Part shown: piece by piece, positions 8,949 to 17,429 of the stretch
Position numbering within the stretch: the first letter of the stretch is position 1
Layout: every line of letters starts with the position of its first letter
From: Croceibacterium sp.
Lineage (GTDB): Bacteria; Pseudomonadota; Alphaproteobacteria; Sphingomonadales; Sphingomonadaceae
Reading direction: 5' to 3'
Length of the DNA: 35,486 nucleotides
Assembly: GCA_049791695.1 (NCBI GenBank)
Contig: JBARAF010000016.1
Span: forward strand, 1-35,486
Made by a program: the position numbers and the translations under genes
The notes under the pieces: generated by a model
Database searches by the model: none
Seen by the model: only the letters and a program-made list of their open reading frames with translations
Told to the model about the DNA's origin: nothing

Positions 8949-9425
8949 TCAGTCCTTTCGATTGGCACAATTCAGGGAAGGCTTGGTGCGCTCAGATAGG
9001 CGTGGGCCTGCCTCCATGATTTGGACGGTCAGATTGGGCATGATCGCCGGGATCGCGGCCAGACGGGTGCGGCGGTGCATCATGGTGCCGCAGGTCTCGC
9101 ACATGGCGATCAGGTTGCCCGTGGTGGCATTCAGTGACGTGGCTTCGATCATTCCCATGGCGGGCGCACGGGGCTGGCGGCACTTGAAGCAATAGAGCGT
9201 GCCAGGCGGGCAAGGCCGCTTGCGGCTGGCGTTGCGCTTGGCGAGGAAGGCGCGGACGGTGGCACCGTCGAACAGGGTAGGGCGGCCTGTGCTGACTGGC
9301 TCCAGCCCGTTGGCCTGCCAGTGCCGCACCGTGTTCTTGTGGACGCCGCAACAGGCTGCCAGCTCCACCGCGCTGTAAATGCGGTGGAGCTTGACCCGGC
9401 GATGATTGGCCCGGGGCGCGGGCAT
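8949..9425 (-). CDS. MerR/Xis-like HTH plus CxxC...CxxC zinc-ribbon protein
   Basis: N-terminal YSAVELA..GVHKNTVRHW and C-terminal YCFKC...CETCG. By manual count, 97 of 158 positions match the 25541-26026 protein without gaps. Start MPAPRAN set by that homology. Confidence 0.85.
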   Translation of the reverse strand: MPAPRANHRRVKLHRIYSAVELAACCGVHKNTVRHWQANGLEPVSTGRPTLFDGATVRAFLAKRNASRKRPCPPGTLYCFKCRQPRAPAMGMIEATSLNATTGNLIAMCETCGTMMHRRTRLAAIPAIMPNLTVQIMEAGPRLSERTKPSLNCANRKD

Positions 9426-9430
9426 GGTGA

Positions 9431-9619
9431 TCAGGCCTGCCCTTCGATCAGCGCGCGCAGGCTTTCCGCCGGAATGACGACGCGGCCACCAATGCGCCTG
9501 GCGCACAGACGGCCCGCCGCGATATGGTTGTAAATCGTGGTCCTGCCCAGGCTGGATACATGGCAGGCTTCACGGATGCTGTAGGCGATCTTCGGAAGAT
9601 CGGGCTTTTCGGACGGCAT
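9431..9619 (-). CDS. Excisionase / AlpA-like HTH protein
   Basis: AYSIREAC..SLGRTTIYNHIAAGRL..RIGGRVVI signature, GAGGTG RBS, 62 aa. Confidence 0.85.
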   Translation of the reverse strand: MPSEKPDLPKIAYSIREACHVSSLGRTTIYNHIAAGRLCARRIGGRVVIPAESLRALIEGQA

Positions 9620-9713
9620 GGAAACACCTCGTTGCTGATTGAACGAGGCCAAACATCGGCAGTCGAAAATTGATCGAATAGCGGTCGCAAAAAACCGGCG
9701 ATTCGATTCGGCG

Positions 9714-10949
9714 TTACGATTTGCGCTTTGCCCCCGCGCCGTCGCGGCCATGATCGCGTGCCAGATCGGGCCAGACCCTGAGATTGAAGCCGCGTTCGCT
9801 TAATCGACCCGCAAACGCGGCCAGCGCAGCTTCACGAAAGTCCTTCTTCGAGCGCCGCTTTCCAGGATCGGCGGCGAACTCCTTGACCAGCCACGCGCGA
9901 CAATCTTGTTCGCCGCTCGCCGTCGAATGCTCCAAGGCAGGCACGTCTTGCTTGTCCACCGGCACCGCAGGCCAGCGATCCAGAATGTCGCGGCGTAGAA
10001 AGCGGATGTTGTCTGCCCCATCTGGCCACGTCATTGATAGCCAGCCTTCTTGGAGATTGAGCACAAGCTCCGGCGTGTCAGGCGACAAACCGCCTCGAAA
10101 GCGCACCAATTCCTCCCAGGCGACGGAGATGCAGGTGCAATGCTTGATCGCTGCCAAGCCGAAATCACGCCAAGCCCCGCATCCGCATTTTGTGTAGGTG
10201 ATCGCGGTATGAAGCCAGCCCAAAGCCTGCGTATTGTACTTGCACACGCCATCGGTCGCGACTGGTTCGTCTTCACCTTCTGCACGGCGGAAGTAGCCCA
10301 TCCGGGCCAAAGCAAGATAGTCTCGGGTCGCTATCCACGCCAACGCCTTCGGAAAAGACCAGATCGGCTCCTGTTTCGCCTCTGGGAGCGAAATCTCGTG
10401 CCAACCCCAGTCAAGCGTAAGGGCATTTATTAGAACGTAGCGCGCGCGGATTCGCAGGCAATCATACATCGCGATCCATTCATGCAGATCGCTGACCAGC
10501 CTTTCCCACCCGTCAATGTCTTCTGCCCCTTGCAAGGTCAGCAAAGTATGAAGCGCCCGGAACCAGTGGGTCGAACCAACGGTGAAATCGCGTAGTAGGT
10601 CATGACTAGGTGGAAGTGCGGCCAATGCATAGTTCAAGCCAGCATCTTCGCGATCCCATTGATCGGCAATGATTTGGCAAATGCGCGCAATGGGCGGCGC
10701 ATATTCATACGCCTCGGTTTGTAGCCTCAGTATATCGAAGGCATCCCCGCCGCTGATCCACTCAGGTTCTGGAAGCCAGTCGCGGCCCGGCTTTTGAGGG
10801 TCTTTCGGAGAGAGGGGAATCGGTGAATCCGAAACTCCATGTTTCGACCAATGATCGCGCAGTTCGATCAGCCGCGTTCGTGCCCGACCGCGGGGGTCTG
10901 CGCGCATTGCCTCCATCAGAGGATTGGTTCTCTTGGTATCGTCGCCCAA
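9714..10949 (-). CDS. Hypothetical protein between integrase and xis, with a possible C-terminal DNA-binding domain
   Basis: 411-aa ORF co-oriented with the island genes. It has a basic helical C-terminus and a small Cys cluster (CGCG...HCTC). No family recognised. Confidence 0.65.
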   Translation of the reverse strand: MGDDTKRTNPLMEAMRADPRGRARTRLIELRDHWSKHGVSDSPIPLSPKDPQKPGRDWLPEPEWISGGDAFDILRLQTEAYEYAPPIARICQIIADQWDREDAGLNYALAALPPSHDLLRDFTVGSTHWFRALHTLLTLQGAEDIDGWERLVSDLHEWIAMYDCLRIRARYVLINALTLDWGWHEISLPEAKQEPIWSFPKALAWIATRDYLALARMGYFRRAEGEDEPVATDGVCKYNTQALGWLHTAITYTKCGCGAWRDFGLAAIKHCTCISVAWEELVRFRGGLSPDTPELVLNLQEGWLSMTWPDGADNIRFLRRDILDRWPAVPVDKQDVPALEHSTASGEQDCRAWLVKEFAADPGKRRSKKDFREAALAAFAGRLSERGFNLRVWPDLARDHGRDGAGAKRKS

Positions 10950-11115
10950 TCCGCTTCCCTCGCGGCTCCCAAGATGAAGCGGGGAAACACGTGGGATGCG
11001 TGCTTGTCGGCTGGCCTGCCTATCCCCGGCATTCAGGTTACGAGAACAGACGAGGAATATTCAATAGGCCGCGCCTGACCAACATTACGAATTCAGGGGA
11101 AATGCACCCTGACAA

Positions 11116-12348
11116 TCAGGAAGTGCCACTTGTGCGCAGCGGCACAATATCCGCCCCCTTGCGCAATTGATCCAGATAATCTGACCACCATTGCGCCATT
11201 TCCACTCGCTCTTTCCAGTGCGCGCCGCGATGATAGGCCGCGCGCACCTTGTCGGTATCGCCATGGGCAAGCGCGCGTTCGATGGCATCTGGGTTCCATT
11301 TGCCGCTTTCGTTCAACAGCGTGGAAGCCATGGCGCGAAAGCCGTGCGCCGTCATTTCATCGGTCGCATACCCAAGCCGCCGCAGCCCGGCGTTTATGGT
11401 GTTTTCGCTCATGGGGCGGGTGCGAGTGCGGACGGACGGAAAAACGTAGCCACTCGGCCCGGTCACTGACTGCACTTCGCGGAACAGTTCGACGGCTTGC
11501 CGTGACAGGGGGACGTGGTGCGTCTTGCGGGACTTCATCTTGCCCGCCGGGATGATCCAGAGCGCGCCGTCCAGATCGAATTCGCTCCATTCGGCATGGC
11601 GCAGTTCGCCGGGGCGGACAAAGACGTGGGGCGAAATCTGCAAAGCCAGTTTGGTAATCCCACTGCCATCATAGTCATCGATGGCGCGCAGCAGTTCACC
11701 TGCCTTCTTTGCATCGGTGATCGCGCCGTAATGCGTGACAGTGGGGGCGGTCAGCGCGCCGCGCAGGTCGCGGGTTGGGTCCGACGCCAGCCGCGCCGTC
11801 GCCACGGCATAGCGGAACACCGCGCCAGCCAGTTGCAGGCTACGCCGCGCGCTTTCCAGCTTCCCTTTGCCTTCGATCCGGCGAATGGCCGTCAGCACGT
11901 CCGCCGGTTCAATCTCGCCAATGGGTAGCTTGCCGATTGACCCGCAGACGAGAGACAGCAGATACTCGCTGCGCGTGGCCGTGACGGGTGCCCAGCCCTT
12001 CGTCCCGTCGCGCCGCCGCTTCTCGCAATACTCGTCGCAGATCGCCTTGAACGTGTCCGCCGCCTGTATGCGGGCACGGACCTTCTCGCGCTGCTTCTCC
12101 CGCGACGGGTCTTTGCCAAGGGCGATCAGCTCCCGCGCTTCCTCCCGACGCCTGCGCGCCTCGCCAAGTCCGATTTCGGGATAGGCCCCAATGGCTAGCA
12201 GCTTCTCACGCCCATCGACCCGGTATTTCAGCCGCCAGAGCTTGCCCCCGGCTGGGGTGATCAGCAGGAACATGCCCCCGCCGTCCGCCAGTTTGACCGC
12301 CTTTGGACCGGGCTTTGCATTGCGGATGGCCACATCGGTCAAAGCCAC
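11116..12348 (-). CDS. int: P4-family tyrosine integrase with arm-binding domain
   Basis: N-terminus MALTDVAIRNAKP..KLADGGG..WRLKYR, plus FVRPGELR, HGFR, LAH and AYH. Adjacent to the tRNA. Confidence 0.95.
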   Translation of the reverse strand: MALTDVAIRNAKPGPKAVKLADGGGMFLLITPAGGKLWRLKYRVDGREKLLAIGAYPEIGLGEARRRREEARELIALGKDPSREKQREKVRARIQAADTFKAICDEYCEKRRRDGTKGWAPVTATRSEYLLSLVCGSIGKLPIGEIEPADVLTAIRRIEGKGKLESARRSLQLAGAVFRYAVATARLASDPTRDLRGALTAPTVTHYGAITDAKKAGELLRAIDDYDGSGITKLALQISPHVFVRPGELRHAEWSEFDLDGALWIIPAGKMKSRKTHHVPLSRQAVELFREVQSVTGPSGYVFPSVRTRTRPMSENTINAGLRRLGYATDEMTAHGFRAMASTLLNESGKWNPDAIERALAHGDTDKVRAAYHRGAHWKERVEMAQWWSDYLDQLRKGADIVPLRTSGTS

Positions 12349-12375
12349 GGGATTGCCAGCCTTTCCGGGGGCTAA

Positions 12376-12447
12376 ACCCCCAATCTACCCCCAAGCGTGG
12401 GGGTATCGATTTGGCCGAATTGCATGCACCCCCCAATCATACCCCCA
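12376..12447. repeat. Integrase arm-type sites, tRNA-proximal end of island 1
   Basis: ACCCCCAA pair at 12376-12394, an inverted TGGGGGTAT at 12398-12406, and a pair at 12430-12447. Confidence 0.7.
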
Positions 12448-12560
12448 GCGGCTGGTGGCTGAATGCGAACGAGGGTGAACGCTTGCGGCCTGATAGCCGC
12501 TAAATACCTTGGATTTTGGGGGTTTGTCTAGACGCTAGCGGATGCTGGCGGACAGGGAAA

Positions 12561-12634
12561 TGGAGCGGGTGAAGGGAATCGAACCCTCGTATTCAGCTTG
12601 GGAAGCTGCTGCTCTACCATTGAGCTACACCCGC
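12561..12634 (-). tRNA. tRNA-Gly (CCC)
   Basis: Reverse complement GCGGGTGTAGCTCAATGGTAGAGCAGCAGCTTCCCAAGCTGAATACGAGGGTTCGATTCCCTTCACCCGCTCCA folds as a cloverleaf with encoded CCA. Confidence 0.97.
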
Positions 12635-12655
12635 GTGCCCTGCGGCTGGGACGGG

Positions 12656-12684
12656 CGCTTGCCACAGGGGGTGGCACCGGTCAA
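12656..12684 (-). promoter_or_regulatory. Putative sigma70 promoter of tRNA-Gly
   Basis: TTGACC-N17-CAAGCG on the minus strand, about 20 bp upstream of the tRNA. Confidence 0.5.
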
Positions 12685-12737
12685 CCGGTGACCGGGCCCC
12701 TGACCCGGCCAACTGCCCGGCCTGTGCCCGTTCGCAG

Positions 12738-14222
12738 TTATTCCGCGGCGACGCTTTCTGCCGTGGCAGCACCCAGCATCGCATCGTCGTGCAGGTGCGC
12801 GCCTTGCTGGCGCAGGATCGAACGAACCTCGCTCACGTCCACTTCGCGCGGTTGCACGCCGCGATTGGCCGCCACTGCCGCCCCAACGCCCGCGGCATGG
12901 CCGGTCAGCCAGCATTGCGGGATTTCGCGCATGAAGCCGTGGCTGTTGGCATCGCAACTGATGTGCCGCCCCGCCGCCAGCACCCCATCGAGGTTCCGCG
13001 GCACCAATGCGCCATAAGGGACGGAAACGATCGGGAACTTAGGGCTGATCGACGGGGACACGCCCACTTCGGTCGCCACGGCCCCGCCCCGGCCCCAGTC
13101 CTTGCGTTCGATCCGTTCCAGCCCGGCCAGGCGGCGGGTGTGGCGCACGCCCAGCTGGCTGCCGGAATAGAGGCTGTATGCCTGTTCAAACCCCGGCGCG
13201 TTGCGCTTGAAGAACTGCACGTGCCCTTCGAACAGGCGGTGGCTGCGGATTTCCACCTCAGTCATGTCATCCACGTCCAGCGCGGAGAGGCCGGACTGGC
13301 GCGGGCCGAGGAACAGGGCAATGTCCTTGCGCCAGCTGACATAGGGCGTCTGGAAGAAGCCCAGTTCATGCCGCCCGCGTTCCATCAGTTCGCGCAGATG
13401 GTCCGGGTTGTGGACCTTCCAGTCGATCCAGCGGTCCATGTCCACGCCGCCCACGGTCCAACCGGTGTTCATAGAATGATGGACGTCGCCTTCTTCGATG
13501 TCGGTATCGAATTCGGCCCCGGCGCGCGCGAACATGTCGCCATCGCCCGTGGTATCGACCACCACCTTGGCCAGCAGCGCGTTGCGGCCCGCCTTCGATT
13601 CGAAGATCACGCCCTTGGCCGTGCCCTGTTCCACCAGCGGCCGCGCGGCCCAGGCGTGGAACACGATCCGCACGCCCGCTTCCAGCAGCATTTCCTGGTT
13701 GTTGAGTTTCATCCGTTCTGGATCGAGCGTGGGCGCCCATTGCACGATGCCGTGGAAGGCGGTGGTGCGGTTGCCCCAGTATCCCACCTTGGCCGGGTCC
13801 TTGCTGCCCCAGTCGGTGCGCGGCGGGCCGGCAACCGATTCAGGTGGCATCCGGTCAATGAAATGGCGCGAAAAGCCCTGGATGACATGGTTGCCGCTCC
13901 AGTCGGTCATGCGGTCAATCCACATCACCACGCCGCCGGTGGAAAGACCGCCCAGGCAGTTATAGCGTTCCACCAGGGTAACGTCGGCTCCAGCCTTGGC
14001 CGCCGCCCAAGCCGCGGCGCAGCCAGCGGGGCCGCCGCCGATCACGGCCACGTCGCACTGGTGGTAGATGTCGATATCGCGGGCCTCTTCGCGCACAGTC
14101 CCACCGCCACGGGGCGCAGGCAGGCTGCGGCCGGAACTTTCGAACACATCAGAACCCAGGAAGCGATCTTCACCGCCGCCGGCGATACGCTGCATTTTCA
14201 CGTCGTTGGCGGACATCGGCAT
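12738..14222 (-). CDS. FAD-dependent oxidoreductase
   Basis: Rossmann motif VAVIGGGPAG, LVER..LGG, VDTTGDGD, and VPYGALVP..LAAGRHIS. Confidence 0.85.
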   Translation of the reverse strand: MPMSANDVKMQRIAGGGEDRFLGSDVFESSGRSLPAPRGGGTVREEARDIDIYHQCDVAVIGGGPAGCAAAWAAAKAGADVTLVERYNCLGGLSTGGVVMWIDRMTDWSGNHVIQGFSRHFIDRMPPESVAGPPRTDWGSKDPAKVGYWGNRTTAFHGIVQWAPTLDPERMKLNNQEMLLEAGVRIVFHAWAARPLVEQGTAKGVIFESKAGRNALLAKVVVDTTGDGDMFARAGAEFDTDIEEGDVHHSMNTGWTVGGVDMDRWIDWKVHNPDHLRELMERGRHELGFFQTPYVSWRKDIALFLGPRQSGLSALDVDDMTEVEIRSHRLFEGHVQFFKRNAPGFEQAYSLYSGSQLGVRHTRRLAGLERIERKDWGRGGAVATEVGVSPSISPKFPIVSVPYGALVPRNLDGVLAAGRHISCDANSHGFMREIPQCWLTGHAAGVGAAVAANRGVQPREVDVSEVRSILRQQGAHLHDDAMLGAATAESVAAE

Positions 14223-14321
14223 ATTCCTCTCGCGAATTTGCGTAGCACGCTAACGACCTGCCGCATCCGCTGCAAGCACCAACCCGTCTGGAGAGGTTTC
14301 TGGCGGGTGCCCCCGGTGGCC

Positions 14322-15629
14322 TTATTCGCGGAAGGCCGTTTCAGACAGACGGGTGATCGGGGTGAACAGGTACGACAGGATCGAACGCTTTTCGCCCATC
14401 AGGCTGACATTGGCTGTCATGCCGGTTCCGATTTGCAATGGCTTGCCGTCCCGGCCTTGCAACTGCGAGGTGGTACGCACTTCCACCGTGTAAAAGCTCT
14501 CGCCGGTCTTTTCATTGATGACGGCGTCGGGGGAAATGGTCGTCACCTGCCCTTCAAGCGTGCCGAACACCGCCGAACGGTAAGCCGTGATTTCAACGCT
14601 GGCCCGCTGCCCCAGGCTGATGTTGCCGATGTCCTGCGGGCGGACCATGGCTTCGATATAGAGGGCTTCCTCGTTCGGCACGATCTCCACCACCGGCATT
14701 CCGGCGGCGACGGATCCGCCAACCGTGGTCACCAGTACGCGGTTGACGGTGCCCGTCATCGGGGCTCGGATGATGGTGCGATCAACTTTGTCCGACAGCG
14801 CCGGCATCGTGCGTTCTCGCGCCGCCAGTTCGGCCTGGGCGGTGGCAAGTTCCATTCCCGCGCGGCTCAACCAGTCGCTGCGCGCCTGGCTGCCGGAGGC
14901 GCTGGCTTCGGCAACGGCGGAACGCACGCGCGACACGGCGGATTGGGCCGCCGCCAATTCGTTTTGTGCGACCACTACGGCGTTTTCAGCTTTCAGCAGG
15001 TCGACCCGGCTGACGATCTGCCGGTCGGCCAGCGGGCGCAGCATATCCAGTTCGCGCTGGGCGGCATCCAGGTTGGACCGGCGCGCCGCCACCATCGACT
15101 GGGCTTCGGCGACAGACCGTTCCGCCTGGGCCACGCGCGCGCTGCCGGCAGAGGCCAGGCCGCTGTATTCGGCAGAGCGCGCCGAATGCAGCGCCTGTTC
15201 GGTCTGGACGATGCTGGCGGGCAGCCCGGCATAGGACGGCGCAACGCCGCGAACTTCGGCATTGAGCCGCGCCACCTTGGCCCGCAGGGCTTCGACCGAA
15301 GCGGCATTGCTGCCCATTTCGGCGGTGGTCAGGGTGGGCGAAAGGCGAACGATCACGTCCCCCTTCTTCACAATCTGCCCCGGCTTGACGAGGATCTGTT
15401 CGATCACCCCGCCTTCCAGGTTGGAAACGACCTGCATCTTGGAACTGGCCACCACGCGGCCGAACGAATGCACCGTCCGATCAACCTTGGTGAAGGTCGC
15501 CCAAAGGAAGAATGCGACGAAGAAGGCGGCGATGACCCACAGAATGCGGTTCGCCAGTTTCCGATAGCCGGAGCTGAAGATTTCCAGATCTTCTTCCGGC
15601 AGCACCAGCAGTTCTCTTCCCCCGTTCAT
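14322..15629 (-). CDS. HlyD-family type I secretion membrane fusion protein
   Basis: N-terminal TM helix, VSNLEGGVI, coiled coil, IRAPMTGTV, ISPDA, GMTA. Confidence 0.93.
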   Translation of the reverse strand: MNGGRELLVLPEEDLEIFSSGYRKLANRILWVIAAFFVAFFLWATFTKVDRTVHSFGRVVASSKMQVVSNLEGGVIEQILVKPGQIVKKGDVIVRLSPTLTTAEMGSNAASVEALRAKVARLNAEVRGVAPSYAGLPASIVQTEQALHSARSAEYSGLASAGSARVAQAERSVAEAQSMVAARRSNLDAAQRELDMLRPLADRQIVSRVDLLKAENAVVVAQNELAAAQSAVSRVRSAVAEASASGSQARSDWLSRAGMELATAQAELAARERTMPALSDKVDRTIIRAPMTGTVNRVLVTTVGGSVAAGMPVVEIVPNEEALYIEAMVRPQDIGNISLGQRASVEITAYRSAVFGTLEGQVTTISPDAVINEKTGESFYTVEVRTTSQLQGRDGKPLQIGTGMTANVSLMGEKRSILSYLFTPITRLSETAFRE

Positions 15630-17368
15630 CCCTGCGCTCCCGCGATTTCACGTACCCGTCCGGTAATTTCGTCCGGTGTGCCATCCATCGCAATGCGGCC
15701 GCGCGACATCAGGATGACACGATCGACCAGTGCCAGCAGCGATGGGCGGTGGGTGATAAGGATCAGGGTACGCCCTTCGCATTCCGCACGCAGGTTCTGC
15801 AGCAGCCGGCTTTCGGTTTCGATGTCGACCGAAGATGTCGGCTCGTCAAACACCAGCACCGGCGGTCTGCCGGCCAGCGCCCGGGCCAGGGCAATCGACT
15901 GCCGCTGGCCGCCGGACAGGCCTTCGCCCCGATCAGCCAGGATCAGGTCATAGCCATTGGGCATCTGCGAAATGAACTCGTGCGCCAGGCTGACGCGTGA
16001 GGCGCGCAGCATTTCGTCATCGTCGATATCGGGACGGCCCAGCATGATATTGTCGCGCAGGGAACCGGTCAGCAGCACATTGTCCTGGAACAGCGCCCCG
16101 ACTCTGGCCCGCAGCGACTTGGGGCTGAACTGGCGGATGTCGGTTCCGTCGACGAGGATCAGCCCGCTGGTGGGCGGATAGAGCCCGATCAGCAGGCGGG
16201 CGATGGTCGATTTGCCGGAACCGATGGGGCCGATCAGCGCGACGTGTTCCCCCGGTGCGATCCGAAAACTGACCCCGGCCAGCGCCAGTTCCGGGGCATC
16301 GGGGTAGCGGAAGTCGACATCGCGAAACTCGATGCCACCATCGACCCGGCCGATGGCCAACCCGGCGCCCTGCGGGCCTTCGGGCTGCTGTTCCATCATC
16401 CGGTTGATCTGGCGATAGGCCGTCTGCGTGGCGTTGATCCGCGTCAGCAGGTGGGCAATCGCCGCCAGTGGCGCCACCGCGCGGCCCGACAGGATCGAAC
16501 AGGCAATCAGGCCGCCCATCGTCATGGTGTTGTCGGCGATGGCATAGACGCCAAAGATCACCACGCCGGAATAGGCCAGCATCTGCACAGATGCCGCCAT
16601 GTTGATCGACAGGTTGGAAACGACCCGCTGTTGCAGCGACGAGCCGGCGTGGCTGGTAACCGCCCGGTCCCAGCGTTCCGAAAGCATTGCCCCGGCGTTG
16701 GACGATTTGACCGTTTCAATACTGCCGATCGTTTCCACCAGCACGGCCTGCTTGCCCAGAGCCTCCCCCAGGTTGGTTGCGGACAGGCGCCGCATGGTCG
16801 GTTGGGAAAGCAGGGCCGTGATGATCACCAGCGGGATCAGCACAATCGGCACCAGCACGATCCAGCCACCGATCAGCGCCATCACGCCCAGCGTGATGAA
16901 GATGAACGGCAGGTCCACCAGCGCCGTTACCGTCGCACTGGCGAAGAAATCGCGCAGGGTCTCGATTTCCCGCACCAGGCCGGCAAGCCCGCCGGTCGAA
17001 CCTTTGCCCAGGTCAAGCCGCATGTTGAGGATTTGCTGGAAGATCGATTTGCCAATGTCGCGATCGATGCGGGCACCCGCAACGTCCACGAAATAGGCAC
17101 GCAGCAACTTGAGCACGAAGTCAAACAGGACCACGATTACCAAACCGATGGTCAAGCCAATAAGGGAATCGGTCGCGTTATTGGGAATGACGCGGTCATA
17201 GACCGTCATGGTAAAAAGGGATGTGACCAGAGCGAAGAAATTAATCATCGCCGCGGCCAATCCGACCCTCAGGTAAATGGGCCTGTTTTTGCGCAAAGGG
17301 CCGGCCAGCCATGGAGCTAGCCGGCCCTTCGGAAGTTCTACTTCAGTGTGTGAGACCAAGACGACCAT
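15626..17368 (-). CDS. Type I secretion ABC permease/ATPase (no N-terminal C39-like domain)
   Basis: VYDRVIP TM domain, Walker A GPIGSGKST, LSGGQRQ, DEPTS. Confidence 0.93.
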   Translation of the reverse strand: MVVLVSHTEVELPKGRLAPWLAGPLRKNRPIYLRVGLAAAMINFFALVTSLFTMTVYDRVIPNNATDSLIGLTIGLVIVVLFDFVLKLLRAYFVDVAGARIDRDIGKSIFQQILNMRLDLGKGSTGGLAGLVREIETLRDFFASATVTALVDLPFIFITLGVMALIGGWIVLVPIVLIPLVIITALLSQPTMRRLSATNLGEALGKQAVLVETIGSIETVKSSNAGAMLSERWDRAVTSHAGSSLQQRVVSNLSINMAASVQMLAYSGVVIFGVYAIADNTMTMGGLIACSILSGRAVAPLAAIAHLLTRINATQTAYRQINRMMEQQPEGPQGAGLAIGRVDGGIEFRDVDFRYPDAPELALAGVSFRIAPGEHVALIGPIGSGKSTIARLLIGLYPPTSGLILVDGTDIRQFSPKSLRARVGALFQDNVLLTGSLRDNIMLGRPDIDDDEMLRASRVSLAHEFISQMPNGYDLILADRGEGLSGGQRQSIALARALAGRPPVLVFDEPTSSVDIETESRLLQNLRAECEGRTLILITHRPSLLALVDRVILMSRGRIAMDGTPDEITGRVREIAGAQG

Positions 17369-17429
17369 CCCCCTTTGAGAGCACTGTCAGCCCCAGTCAC
17401 GCACACGTCAATAGTATTAACCTTCATTA

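Larger units (their letters stand above)
1902..12581 (-). mobile_element. Genomic island 1 integrated in the 3' end of tRNA-Gly(CCC)
   Basis: Perfect 35-bp direct repeat at 1902-1936 and 12547-12581 that includes the last 21 nt of the tRNA. The integrase lies next to the tRNA and arm-type repeats occur at both ends. Confidence 0.93.

Noticed and set aside
12789..15953. 1054-aa plus-strand ORF
   Set aside because: Antisense shadow of the oxidoreductase, HlyD and ABC genes. It has no motifs, and such ORFs are expected from GC-rich codon bias.
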